Of a stretch of DNA of 64,000 nt, positions 48,886 to 59,117 are shown piece by piece. The position numbers and the translations under genes were made by a program. Position 1 is the first letter of the stretch. Every line of letters begins with the position of its first letter. The notes under the pieces are model-generated. The model was not told where the DNA came from. It did no database searches and saw only the letters and a list, made by a program, of their open reading frames with translations. Source of the DNA: Escherichia coli (GTDB taxonomy: Bacteria > Pseudomonadota > Gammaproteobacteria > Enterobacterales > Enterobacteriaceae); NCBI RefSeq assembly GCF_009931435.1, contig NZ_CP043414.1; one strand, given 5' to 3'.

Positions 48886-49914
48886 ATGAGCCTGGAAAGC
48901 GAAGAAAAAGACCAAACAGAAAAAAAGCTGATCACCATGCGTGACGTGGCGAATGCTGCCGGGGTGAGTATTTCTACCGTTTCGCGTATCCTGGATGAAA
49001 GATTACCGCCATCTAAAAGCGCTTCTGCCGAAAAAGTACGCCAGGTCGCACGCGAATTGGGCTATCGTCGGGATTATGTTGCCTCCAGTCTCCGTCGCGG
49101 CGGCACCGGGACACTTGGTGTATTAGTTCCACGCCTGACTGATGCAGTTACTGCAATGTTGTTTGAAGAAATCGCTAAAGCAGCGTCGCATCGTGGTTAC
49201 TTCGCAGTGGTCGCGACTTGTGGAGACGATCCCCAGCAAGAGCGAGAATCTGTAGAATCACTTCTCGACAGGCGGGTCGACGGCTTGATTATGTCAACCT
49301 GTCGCCTCGGCGATCCCCTACCGCAAACTTTGCGTGAAAGGGATATTCCCCATGTGCTCGCCCTGCGTACTGATGGTGTTAGCCCATCATCCATCGGCGA
49401 TGATGAACTGGGTGGTTACCTTGCTACTCGCCATCTTATTGATTTAGGACATAAAAACATCGGTTTGATAGGTGGCCCGGATTTTGCCTCAAATGCGCTT
49501 AATCGCCGTAAAGGTTTTGAAAAGGCAATGCGCGAAGCCGGACTAACTATACAGCCGCAATGGTGCTGTTCATCAGACTTTAACATCCAGTCGGGAGAAG
49601 AAGCAGGGATGAAACTCCTCAGAACGACTCCTGCTCCAACCGCTATTTTTGCGGTAAATGACGAAATAGCGATTGGTGTGGTTGCTGCCGCTCACCATTT
49701 GGGGATAACAATCGGCCAAGAGTTGTCGTTAGTGGGTTATAACGACATTCCTCTGGTCAGCCGACTTCCTGTGGCGCTCACTTCCGTAAGAACGCCGCTA
49801 GAGCATATCGCCAGTAATGCTGTGGACATGTTGATTAATGCCGACAGTGGCCGCTCTTTGCGTACAACCATACCGACTTTAATACCAAGAAAATCAACGA
49901 GTTCACCCAAGTAA
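48886..49914 (+). CDS. LacI-family transcriptional regulator (accessory locus gene 3), 342 aa
   Basis: ORF track; N-terminal HTH ITMRDVANAAGVSISTVSRIL; periplasmic-binding-protein-like effector domain; GGGAG ribosome-binding site 6 nt upstream. Confidence 0.85.
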   Translation: MSLESEEKDQTEKKLITMRDVANAAGVSISTVSRILDERLPPSKSASAEKVRQVARELGYRRDYVASSLRRGGTGTLGVLVPRLTDAVTAMLFEEIAKAASHRGYFAVVATCGDDPQQERESVESLLDRRVDGLIMSTCRLGDPLPQTLRERDIPHVLALRTDGVSPSSIGDDELGGYLATRHLIDLGHKNIGLIGGPDFASNALNRRKGFEKAMREAGLTIQPQWCCSSDFNIQSGEEAGMKLLRTTPAPTAIFAVNDEIAIGVVAAAHHLGITIGQELSLVGYNDIPLVSRLPVALTSVRTPLEHIASNAVDMLINADSGRSLRTTIPTLIPRKSTSSPK

Positions 49915-49923
49915 AGCCTGTCT

Positions 49924-49962
49924 TTCATTTGCTGCAAAACCCGGGGTTTTGCAGCAAATGAA
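49924..49962. terminator. Near-perfect 19-bp palindrome 10 bp downstream of the LacI-family gene stop (terminator-like hairpin, no clear T-tract)
   Basis: TTCATTTGCTGCAAAACCC-g-GGGTTTTGCAGCAAATGAA. Confidence 0.45.
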
Positions 49963-50067
49963 GAACATTAAAATTCTTATATTCCTTCCCTGATTTTGTG
50001 ATCCCTGCTGCATTTTTCAACAACTGTTGATTGACAACCTCATTCATCAGGTTCAAATTCAATCTTG

Positions 50068-50093
50068 TGAAAACGATTGCAAGAACGTTTTCA
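50068..50093. promoter_or_regulatory. Second copy of candidate operator TGAAAACG-N10-CGTTTTCA, 58 bp upstream of the DapA-family gene
   Basis: Exact 8-bp inverted repeats with a 10-bp spacer, identical in arms and spacing to 48567-48592. Confidence 0.5.
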
Positions 50094-50150
50094 TTTCGTT
50101 TCTTGCATTGTCCACATAATAAAAAAGACTAAATTATTAAGGAGATAGTC

Positions 50151-51080
50151 ATGATCAATATAGATCTCAGAGGTTTGACCCCGGCACCGGTTACCCCTTT
50201 CAATCGTGATGGTAGTATTGATTTTGATGCTATCCAGCGTCTGGGAAGCTGGCTGGGTAGTATTGACGGCGTTAAAGGGTTAGTTGTACTTGGTCATGCT
50301 GGTGAAGGTACTTTCCTGACACAAGATGAACAGGCCGCTGTGATCCGTGCTTTCGTAAAATCCGTAGATGGCAAGCTGCCTATCATTGCCGGTATCACCG
50401 GTGAAGGGACTGACGTCGCTGCTAAAGAAGCCAAACGTGCCGTGGAAGCTGGTGCTTCAGCAGGCCTGTTATATCCTTCTCATGGATGGTTGCGTTTCGG
50501 CTACCAGGACGGCGCACCACAAGATCGCTACCGCGTTGTCTATGAAGAAAGCGGCCTGCCCTTGATCCTGTTTCAGTATCCTGATGTGACTAAAGCAACC
50601 TATAATCTGCAAACACTGCTGGATATTTCCGCACAACCCGGTGTTTTTGCTATGAAAAATGGTGTACGCAATATGCGTCGTTGGGATACAGAGATCCCGG
50701 TTATCCGCCGCGAGCGTCCGGAATTACAGATCCTCAGTTGCCATGATGAATATCTGGTACACACTGCTTTTGACGTAGATGGTTTCCTTGTCGGCTATGG
50801 CAATATTGCGCCAGAACCGCTCATCGAGATGATCAAAGCAGGTAAAGCTGGCGATTATAAAAAAGCACGCGCGATACATGACCGTCTGCTGCCAGTAACG
50901 AAGTGCGTATATCATCGCGGTTCCCATATGGAAGGAACCGTCGCCCTGAAACACGCGCTGGTTGCTCGCGGTATTCTCGAACATGCTACTGTTCGTTCAC
51001 CGCTATTACCGCTGGAGCATGGTGCCGAAGAAGAAATTCATGCTGCTATGCGTGCAGCTGACCTGCCGCGCGTTAAATAA
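50151..51080 (+). CDS. DapA/NAL-family class I aldolase or dehydratase (dihydrodipicolinate synthase-like) (accessory locus gene 4), 309 aa
   Basis: ORF track; strong AAGGAG ribosome-binding site; family-typical Tyr (LFQYPDVT) and Schiff-base Lys context (FAMKNG). Confidence 0.75.
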   Translation: MINIDLRGLTPAPVTPFNRDGSIDFDAIQRLGSWLGSIDGVKGLVVLGHAGEGTFLTQDEQAAVIRAFVKSVDGKLPIIAGITGEGTDVAAKEAKRAVEAGASAGLLYPSHGWLRFGYQDGAPQDRYRVVYEESGLPLILFQYPDVTKATYNLQTLLDISAQPGVFAMKNGVRNMRRWDTEIPVIRRERPELQILSCHDEYLVHTAFDVDGFLVGYGNIAPEPLIEMIKAGKAGDYKKARAIHDRLLPVTKCVYHRGSHMEGTVALKHALVARGILEHATVRSPLLPLEHGAEEEIHAAMRAADLPRVK

Positions 51081-51351
51081 CTCCGGCAACAGAAAAGAAA
51101 GCAGTATTCTAAATCACTACTCCTGATGGTTATTGCTTTCTTTCACTTAATGCCACATTAACGACGACAGCCACCTTTACATACAATCATAAGGTGGCTC
51201 ATTCTCTTCATCAGCCTATTGTCGCGCCGGGCTATTTTGAATAACTCAGATGTAATAATGATGAGATTGTTAGAATCCAGGCCATAGTACAACGTCTCAG
51301 AAGCCAGAAGGTAAGTAATGCCCTGATCATGGCATGAATTGAAGGAACATC

Positions 51352-52233
51352 ATGAAACTGCTCAGTTTTTCTGTAGATAACGAAGAAAAGTATGGTGCCA
51401 TCGTATCCGATGGAATTATTGACTTGCATAAATTATTTCCCGAACTTCCCGACCTGAAATCATACGTTGCCAGTCAACATTCATTAGACATCGCTTTGTT
51501 TGCAGGTAAAAAAGCCGATTACCATCAGGGCGAAGTGACTTTTCTGCCCGTAATTACTCGACCAAATAAAATCATCTGCGCAGGTATGAACTACCGGGAA
51601 AAATGTGCAGAATTTAATGAAAAAGGTGGCGATCCGACGCTATTTATCCGTTTTGCTGATACTCAGACGGGCCACCGTTGTGGGTTAATAAAACCGACCC
51701 TGAGTAATGAATTTGATTATGAAGGCGAACTGGCGGTAATTATAGGTCGCCAGGGTTCTCACATTCCTGCTGATGAAGCATTTAACTATATTGCCGGGTA
51801 TAGCTGTTATATGGATGGTTCCGTTCGTGACTGGCAGCACAGCTGGTTTACTGCCGGTAAAAATTGGCCTGCAACAGGTGGATTCGGGCCATGGATGGTT
51901 ACGCCAGATGAAATTCCTGACCCTCAAAATCTGAATATTATCACCCGTCTTAACGGCAAGGAAGTGCAGAATGATAATACACATAGCATGCTGCACTCTA
52001 TTAAGGATTTGATTGCCTATATCAGTACTTTCACCACCTTATCGCCCGGTGACGTGATATTAACAGGCTCTCCGGGTGGGGTCGGTAAAAAACGCTCTCC
52101 ACCGCTCTTCTTGTGGCCTGGTGATATTGTTGAAGTTGAGATTTCAAGAATTGGTTGCCTGATAAATCACATTATAAGCGACAACGAAGAGTATCCGGTC
52201 ACTTTACAATCAGAACTCGATAACGCCTGCTGA
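51352..52233 (+). CDS. Fumarylacetoacetate hydrolase (FAH)-family enzyme (hydratase/hydrolase/decarboxylase type) (accessory locus gene 5), 293 aa
   Basis: ORF track; FAH-fold motifs DYEGELAVIIG and ITRLNGKEVQ...GDVILTGSPGG. Confidence 0.75.
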   Translation: MKLLSFSVDNEEKYGAIVSDGIIDLHKLFPELPDLKSYVASQHSLDIALFAGKKADYHQGEVTFLPVITRPNKIICAGMNYREKCAEFNEKGGDPTLFIRFADTQTGHRCGLIKPTLSNEFDYEGELAVIIGRQGSHIPADEAFNYIAGYSCYMDGSVRDWQHSWFTAGKNWPATGGFGPWMVTPDEIPDPQNLNIITRLNGKEVQNDNTHSMLHSIKDLIAYISTFTTLSPGDVILTGSPGGVGKKRSPPLFLWPGDIVEVEISRIGCLINHIISDNEEYPVTLQSELDNAC

Positions 52234-52323
52234 TTATAAAGTTAACGAAAAATTCGGATAGATAGCCTGGCACTTTAGAAATTAACATTAAGTGGTAGGC
52301 AATCCTTTCAAGGAGTATGCGTG

Positions 52324-53610
52324 ATGATCATGCTGCAATTTATTATCGTTTTATTTTTCCTGTTTTTAGGAATGCGTATTGGCGGCATTGGTGTCGGATT
52401 TGCTGGTGGGGCAGGTGTCATCGCCTTGTGCGCCCTTGGTGCAACACCCGGCGATTTACCGATGCTGGTGATCGTTTTTATTATGGTTGTCATCATTGCA
52501 ATTGCTGCAATGCAAGAAGCGGGTGGGATTGACTATCTGGTTGGTTTAACCGAAAAAATGCTTCGCCGCTACCCTCGCCTGCTGGTAATAACTGCACCTC
52601 TGTCTACATGGCTATTAACCATGATGGCCAGTACCGGTCAGGTGTCATTTGCCTGTATGCCGGTTATTGTGGGTGTCGCGAAGGAAAATCAACTTCGTCC
52701 CACCCGGGCGTTGGCGCTTTCGGTTACCGCTTCATTGTTAGGTATTGTTGCCTCGCCTATCTCTGCCGCCGTTATTTTCTTTTCAGGCATCCTGGAAAAA
52801 AATCACCAGGGATGGGGATATTTGCAACTCATTGCCGTTTCTATACCGGCTACTTTATTAGCGTTGATTTGTACTTCGCTTTTTTACCTGTTCTGGGACA
52901 AACTTCGCCAGAATGATCAATTACCCGTACATATGGCTGTAACGAAAAAATCTCTGTCTGCGCCTGTGGTACAGGGAGCTCGTCGCTCAGTACTAATATT
53001 TATTTTTGGCCTAGTTGTAGTACTTTTTTACGCCCTCATTGCCAGTCCGAAAACAGGCGTTATCATACATCCCGTTTTAAATAGTGGACAGGTCCGTATT
53101 TCAGTAATGATGGCTGTAGCACTCGCCATTGTTATGTTTTGCCGGGTAAATGTGAATAACATTCCTGCGACATCAGTTTTTAAAACAGGGATGACGTCAT
53201 GCATCTGTATTTTAGGTGTCGCCTGGCTCGGTTCTACATTCATGGATAGTAACCAGGTGTGGTTTCAAAGCATGATTTCCGGATATTTATTAGATTCACC
53301 ATTGTTGCTGGCAATTATTATTATGCTGGCGTCATGTTTTCTATATTCTCAGGCGGCCTCCACCAAAATACTTTTTCCTATTGCATTAAGTATGGGTATC
53401 GCCCCTGCCACTCTGGTCGCCTGCTTTCCAGCAACGGCTTCTCTTTTTATTTTACCTAACTACCCCACATTATTAGCCGCCGTGACTCTTGATGATACGG
53501 GGTCAACGAAATTAGGAAATCGAATAATCGATCATCCGTTTATTGTTCCTGGTTTAATGGCAACCGTGTTATCGATACTCTTCGCCGCGGGATTCGCATT
53601 GTTTATTTAA
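52324..53610 (+). CDS. DcuA/DcuB-family anaerobic C4-dicarboxylate transporter paralog (accessory locus gene 6), about 428 aa
   Basis: ORF track 52321..53610 (GTG); ATG at 52324; blocks resembling DcuA throughout (GGIGVGFAGG, ASPISAAVIF, KTGMTSCICILGVAWLG, LLYSQAASTK, FILPNYPTLLAAVTLDDTGSTKLGNRIIDHPFIVPG). Confidence 0.8.
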   Translation: MIMLQFIIVLFFLFLGMRIGGIGVGFAGGAGVIALCALGATPGDLPMLVIVFIMVVIIAIAAMQEAGGIDYLVGLTEKMLRRYPRLLVITAPLSTWLLTMMASTGQVSFACMPVIVGVAKENQLRPTRALALSVTASLLGIVASPISAAVIFFSGILEKNHQGWGYLQLIAVSIPATLLALICTSLFYLFWDKLRQNDQLPVHMAVTKKSLSAPVVQGARRSVLIFIFGLVVVLFYALIASPKTGVIIHPVLNSGQVRISVMMAVALAIVMFCRVNVNNIPATSVFKTGMTSCICILGVAWLGSTFMDSNQVWFQSMISGYLLDSPLLLAIIIMLASCFLYSQAASTKILFPIALSMGIAPATLVACFPATASLFILPNYPTLLAAVTLDDTGSTKLGNRIIDHPFIVPGLMATVLSILFAAGFALFI

Positions 53611-53691
53611 AATGTATATGGCAGGAGTCAATATCATCAGACTCATAGTTCACATAAAACAAACTGCAGCATCATCAACATCACTCAGGTA

Positions 53692-53736
53692 TTAAAAATC
53701 CCCAACCAGCCTGTTGGGGATAAATATGTATTTTTC
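53692..53736. terminator. Bidirectional terminator between the convergent Dcu-like gene and ssb
   Basis: TCCCCAAC-cagcct-GTTGGGGA hairpin flanked by A-run (upstream) and T-run (downstream). Confidence 0.65.
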
Positions 53737-53822
53737 AATGTCCCGAGTAGCTACCGGGCAGATATCAATCTGAGGCTGTGGCTAACGCACACTGGCGGTA
53801 ACCACCTGAACCAAAAGAAATC

Positions 53823-54359
53823 TTAGAACGGAATGTCGTCATCAAAATCCATCGGCGGCTCATTAGACGGTGCTGCCGGAGCAGACTGCTGCGGGCGAGA
53901 CTGCGCGCCGCCGCTGAACTGATTGCCGCCCTGCGGCTGCTGAGGCTGACCCCAACCGCCCTGCGGCTGACCACCACCGATATTGCCACCTGCAGGAGCG
54001 CCACCACCCTGACGACCACCCAGCATCTGCATGGTGCCGCCAACGTTTACCACAACTTCAGTGGTGTAGCGATCTTGACCGGATTGATCGGTCCATTTGC
54101 GGGTACGCAGCTGACCTTCGATATAAACCTGAGAACCTTTACGCAGATATTCGCTGGCCACTTCTGCCAGTTTGCCGAACAGCACAACGCGGTGCCATTC
54201 AGTCTGCTCTTTCATCTCGCCGGTCGCTTTATCACGCCAGGATTCGGAAGTAGCCAGCGTAATGTTGGCAACTGCGCCACCATTTGGCATGTAGCGTACT
54301 TCCGGGTCCTGACCCAGATTACCAACGAGAATAACCTTGTTTACGCCTCTGCTGGCCAT
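53823..54359 (-). CDS. ssb: Single-stranded DNA-binding protein, 178 aa
   Basis: ORF track; OB-fold N-terminus; Gly/Gln-rich linker; acidic tail DFDDDIPF. Confidence 0.95.
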   Translation of the reverse strand: MASRGVNKVILVGNLGQDPEVRYMPNGGAVANITLATSESWRDKATGEMKEQTEWHRVVLFGKLAEVASEYLRKGSQVYIEGQLRTRKWTDQSGQDRYTTEVVVNVGGTMQMLGGRQGGGAPAGGNIGGGQPQGGWGQPQQPQGGNQFSGGAQSRPQQSAPAAPSNEPPMDFDDDIPF

Positions 54360-54510
54360 GTTCGTGTCTCCTGAAAAAAAATCGTTCTGAATAAGTGTAA
54401 ACGCGCGATTGTACCATTACCAATAGCGCTTTTACTATGTTGTGACCTCGGTTCAGGGAAACAAACCTGGCCAGACATTGTTACACAACACTCCGGGTAA
54501 TGCATTCCAA

Positions 54511-54530
54511 TACTGTATATTCATTCAGGT
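54511..54530. promoter_or_regulatory. LexA (SOS) box shared by divergent ssb and uvrA promoters
   Basis: TACTGTATATTCATTCAGGT fits CTGT-N8-ACAG-like SOS box in the ssb-uvrA spacer. Confidence 0.8.
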
Positions 54531-54613
54531 CAATTTGTGTCATAATTAACCGTTTGTGATCGCCGGTAGCACCATGCCACCGGGCAAAAAAGCGTTTAAT
54601 CCGGGAAAGGTGA

Positions 54614-57436
54614 ATGGATAAGATCGAAGTTCGGGGCGCCCGCACCCATAATCTCAAAAACATCAACCTCGTTATCCCCCGCGACAAGCTCATTGTCGTG
54701 ACCGGGCTTTCGGGTTCTGGCAAATCCTCGCTCGCTTTCGACACCTTATATGCCGAAGGGCAGCGCCGTTACGTTGAATCCCTTTCCGCCTACGCGCGGC
54801 AGTTTCTGTCACTGATGGAAAAGCCGGACGTCGATCATATTGAAGGGCTTTCTCCTGCCATCTCGATTGAGCAGAAATCGACGTCTCATAACCCGCGTTC
54901 TACGGTGGGGACAATCACCGAAATCCACGACTATTTGCGTTTGTTGTTCGCCCGCGTCGGTGAGCCGCGCTGCCCGGACCACGATGTACCGCTGGCGGCG
55001 CAAACCGTCAGCCAGATGGTGGATAACGTGCTGTCGCAGCCGGAAGGCAAGCGTCTGATGCTGCTCGCGCCAATCATTAAAGAGCGCAAAGGCGAACACA
55101 CCAAAACGCTGGAGAACCTGGCAAGCCAGGGTTACATCCGTGCTCGTATTGATGGCGAAGTCTGCGATCTTTCCGATCCGCCGAAACTGGAACTGCAAAA
55201 GAAACATACCATTGAAGTGGTGGTTGATCGCTTCAAGGTGCGTGACGATCTCACCCAACGTCTGGCAGAGTCGTTTGAAACCGCGCTGGAGCTTTCCGGT
55301 GGTACCGCGGTAGTTGCCGATATGGACGATCCAAAAGCGGAAGAGCTGCTATTTTCCGCCAACTTCGCCTGCCCAATTTGCGGCTACAGTATGCGTGAAC
55401 TGGAACCACGCCTGTTTTCGTTTAACAACCCGGCGGGTGCCTGCCCGACCTGTGACGGCCTTGGCGTACAGCAATATTTCGATCCTGATCGCGTGATCCA
55501 AAACCCGGAACTGTCGCTGGCTGGCGGTGCGATCCGAGGCTGGGATCGCCGCAACTTCTATTATTTCCAGATGCTGAAATCGCTGGCAGATCACTATAAG
55601 TTCGACGTCGAAGCGCCGTGGGGCAGCCTTAGCGCGAACGTGCATAAAGTGGTGCTGTACGGTTCAGGCAAAGAAAACATTGAATTCAAATACATGAACG
55701 ATCGCGGCGATACCTCCATTCGTCGTCATCCGTTTGAAGGCGTGCTGCACAATATGGAGCGCCGTTATAAAGAGACGGAATCCAGTGCGGTACGCGAAGA
55801 ATTAGCCAAGTTTATCAGCAATCGCCCGTGCGCCAGCTGCGAAGGAACGCGTCTGCGTCGGGAAGCGCGCCATGTGTATGTCGAGAATACGCCGCTGCCT
55901 GCTATCTCCGACATGAGCATCGGTCATGCGATGGAATTCTTCAACAATCTCAAACTCGCAGGTCAACGAGCGAAGATTGCGGAAAAAATTCTTAAGGAGA
56001 TTGGCGATCGCCTGAAATTCCTCGTTAACGTCGGCCTGAATTACCTGACACTTTCCCGCTCGGCAGAAACGCTTTCTGGCGGTGAAGCCCAGCGTATCCG
56101 TCTGGCGAGCCAGATTGGTGCGGGCCTGGTTGGCGTGATGTACGTGCTGGATGAGCCGTCTATCGGCCTGCACCAGCGCGATAACGAGCGCCTGCTGGGT
56201 ACGCTTATCCATCTGCGCGATCTCGGTAATACCGTGATTGTGGTGGAGCACGACGAAGACGCGATTCGCGCCGCTGACCATGTGATCGACATTGGCCCGG
56301 GCGCAGGTGTACACGGCGGTGAAGTAGTCGCGGAAGGTCCCCTGGAAGCGATTATGGCGGTGCCTGAGTCGTTAACCGGGCAGTACATGAGCGGCAAACG
56401 CAAGATTGAAGTGCCGAAGAAACGCGTTCCGGCGAATCCGGAAAAAGTGCTGAAGCTGACAGGCGCACGTGGTAATAACCTGAAAGACGTGACGCTGACG
56501 CTGCCAGTCGGTCTGTTTACCTGCATCACAGGGGTTTCAGGTTCCGGTAAATCGACGCTGATTAACGACACACTGTTCCCGATTGCCCAACGCCAGTTGA
56601 ATGGTGCGACCATCGCCGAACCGGCACCTTATCGCGATATTCAGGGGCTGGAGCATTTCGATAAAGTGATCGATATCGACCAAAGCCCAATTGGTCGTAC
56701 TCCGCGTTCTAACCCGGCGACTTATACTGGCGTGTTTACGCCTGTACGTGAACTGTTTGCGGGCGTACCGGAATCCCGTGCGCGTGGTTATACGCCAGGA
56801 CGTTTCAGCTTTAACGTCCGTGGCGGACGCTGCGAAGCCTGTCAGGGCGACGGCGTGATCAAAGTGGAGATGCACTTCCTGCCGGACATTTACGTACCGT
56901 GCGACCAGTGCAAAGGTAAACGCTATAACCGTGAAACGCTGGAGATTAAGTACAAAGGCAAAACCATCCACGAAGTGCTGGATATGACCATCGAAGAGGC
57001 GCGTGAGTTCTTTGATGCGGTGCCAGCTCTGGCGCGTAAGCTGCAAACGTTGATGGACGTTGGCCTGACGTACATTCGCCTCGGGCAGTCCGCAACCACG
57101 CTTTCTGGTGGTGAAGCCCAGCGCGTGAAGCTGGCGCGTGAGCTGTCAAAACGCGGCACCGGGCAGACACTGTATATTCTCGACGAGCCGACCACCGGTC
57201 TGCACTTCGCCGATATTCAGCAACTGCTCGACGTACTGCATAAACTGCGCGATCAGGGCAATACCATCGTGGTGATTGAGCACAATCTCGACGTGATCAA
57301 AACCGCTGACTGGATTGTCGACCTGGGACCGGAAGGCGGCAGTGGCGGCGGCGAGATCCTCGTCTCCGGTACACCAGAAACCGTCGCGGAGTGCGCAGCA
57401 TCACACACGGCACGCTTCCTTAAGCCGATGCTGTAA
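54614..57436 (+). CDS. uvrA: Excinuclease ABC subunit A, 940 aa
   Basis: ORF track; two ABC ATPase modules ([18 protein letters not shown]) and zinc-finger cysteine pairs. Confidence 0.95.
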   Translation: MDKIEVRGARTHNLKNINLVIPRDKLIVVTGLSGSGKSSLAFDTLYAEGQRRYVESLSAYARQFLSLMEKPDVDHIEGLSPAISIEQKSTSHNPRSTVGTITEIHDYLRLLFARVGEPRCPDHDVPLAAQTVSQMVDNVLSQPEGKRLMLLAPIIKERKGEHTKTLENLASQGYIRARIDGEVCDLSDPPKLELQKKHTIEVVVDRFKVRDDLTQRLAESFETALELSGGTAVVADMDDPKAEELLFSANFACPICGYSMRELEPRLFSFNNPAGACPTCDGLGVQQYFDPDRVIQNPELSLAGGAIRGWDRRNFYYFQMLKSLADHYKFDVEAPWGSLSANVHKVVLYGSGKENIEFKYMNDRGDTSIRRHPFEGVLHNMERRYKETESSAVREELAKFISNRPCASCEGTRLRREARHVYVENTPLPAISDMSIGHAMEFFNNLKLAGQRAKIAEKILKEIGDRLKFLVNVGLNYLTLSRSAETLSGGEAQRIRLASQIGAGLVGVMYVLDEPSIGLHQRDNERLLGTLIHLRDLGNTVIVVEHDEDAIRAADHVIDIGPGAGVHGGEVVAEGPLEAIMAVPESLTGQYMSGKRKIEVPKKRVPANPEKVLKLTGARGNNLKDVTLTLPVGLFTCITGVSGSGKSTLINDTLFPIAQRQLNGATIAEPAPYRDIQGLEHFDKVIDIDQSPIGRTPRSNPATYTGVFTPVRELFAGVPESRARGYTPGRFSFNVRGGRCEACQGDGVIKVEMHFLPDIYVPCDQCKGKRYNRETLEIKYKGKTIHEVLDMTIEEAREFFDAVPALARKLQTLMDVGLTYIRLGQSATTLSGGEAQRVKLARELSKRGTGQTLYILDEPTTGLHFADIQQLLDVLHKLRDQGNTIVVIEHNLDVIKTADWIVDLGPEGGSGGGEILVSGTPETVAECAASHTARFLKPML

Positions 57437-57440
57437 TCGC

Positions 57441-57470
57441 AAAGGCCGCTTTCTGAGCGGCCTTTTCCTT
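57441..57470. terminator. Bidirectional terminator between convergent uvrA and yjbR
   Basis: AAAGGCCGCT-TTCTGA-GCGGCCTTTT hairpin with T-rich tail. Confidence 0.75.
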
Positions 57471-57827
57471 TCAGAGTTGCACCAGCAATTTACGTTTTTC
57501 TTCCGGCAGTAAATTCACCGCCTGCTGATAAGACGCATCCACCAGATAATAGATTTGCGAATCTGGCAGCGAACCGTCGAGATACACGGTGCTCCAGTGC
57601 GCTTTATTCAGATGGCGGCTTGGACGCACATCGCTGTGCTGCTGACGTAGCAGCTCCGCCAGCTCCGGGCTGGTTTTCAGCGAAACAGCTGGGCGATTTT
57701 CTACTTCTTTCACCATCGCAAACAGTACATCTTCCACTTTGATCTGCGTCGCTTTCCAGTCGTTATGCACGCTCTGTTCTGCGCCTGGTTTTGCCATGCA
57801 ATATTGTAGCAACTCCGAAATGGTCAT
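57471..57827 (-). CDS. yjbR: YjbR (MmcQ/YjbR family, DNA-mimic-like protein), 118 aa
   Basis: ORF track. Confidence 0.8.
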   Translation of the reverse strand: MTISELLQYCMAKPGAEQSVHNDWKATQIKVEDVLFAMVKEVENRPAVSLKTSPELAELLRQQHSDVRPSRHLNKAHWSTVYLDGSLPDSQIYYLVDASYQQAVNLLPEEKRKLLVQL

Positions 57828-57830
57828 TTT

Positions 57831-58247
57831 TTACTCCCCTTGTAGTGTCGCGATGATGCGACGCGATCCGCCGTGGATGCGATGTTCCCCCAGCCAGATG
57901 CCTTGCCAGGTGCCGGTCTGAATACGCCCTTTATGCACCGGCAATACAAGCGATGTTCCCAGCATTGAGGATTTGATATGAGAAGGCATATCGTCTGCTC
58001 CCTCATAGTCATGCTCATAATTTCCGTTATCGGGAACGGTGCGGAGGAAAAAACGCTCCATGTCGTGGCGTACGGTGGGATCGCAGTTCTCATTAAGTGT
58101 CAGAGAGGCGGAGGTATGTTGCAGCAACAGATGCAGTAAACCGATGTTAACGCGCGGCATATCAGCCAGCTGATGCAGTATTTCATCCGTTACCAGATGA
58201 AATCCACGAGATTTGGCGCTAAGCGTGAGCGTCTTTTGATACCACAT
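57831..58247 (-). CDS. yjbQ: YjbQ (UPF0047 family), 138 aa
   Basis: ORF track. Confidence 0.8.
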   Translation of the reverse strand: MWYQKTLTLSAKSRGFHLVTDEILHQLADMPRVNIGLLHLLLQHTSASLTLNENCDPTVRHDMERFFLRTVPDNGNYEHDYEGADDMPSHIKSSMLGTSLVLPVHKGRIQTGTWQGIWLGEHRIHGGSRRIIATLQGE

Positions 58248-58357
58248 GTGCTGCTCCTTGATAAAACTCTCTTAATCAGTTTGCAGCAAGACAGCGAAAG
58301 GATAAAGGTGTGATTAAAAAAACAGCATTCGGGAGAGTGTCACGCTCTCCCGCTCTG

Positions 58358-59092
<735 letters not shown>

Positions 59093-59117
59093 CTATTGAA
59101 ACGTTTTATTATGAGAT

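Noticed and set aside
48692-48889. 65-codon ORF in the regulator promoter region of the accessory locus
   Set aside because: Sits in the divergent promoter spacer, ends at the regulator start codon, no ribosome-binding site; probably promoter/leader sequence rather than a gene.
51232-51429. 65-codon minus-strand ORF spanning the DapA-like/FAH-like spacer
   Set aside because: Overlaps the FAH-like gene start on the opposite strand; AT-rich, no motif.
45540-53822. Accessory locus as a mobile genetic element (genomic island, prophage remnant or transposon)
   Set aside because: No integrase, transposase, phage genes, tRNA target or flanking direct repeats were visible; boundaries are ordinary terminator-like hairpins. 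Treated as a chromosomal metabolic island, not annotated as a mobile element.
56041-57046. Minus-strand ORFs of 169-190 codons inside uvrA
   Set aside because: Antisense shadows of uvrA.
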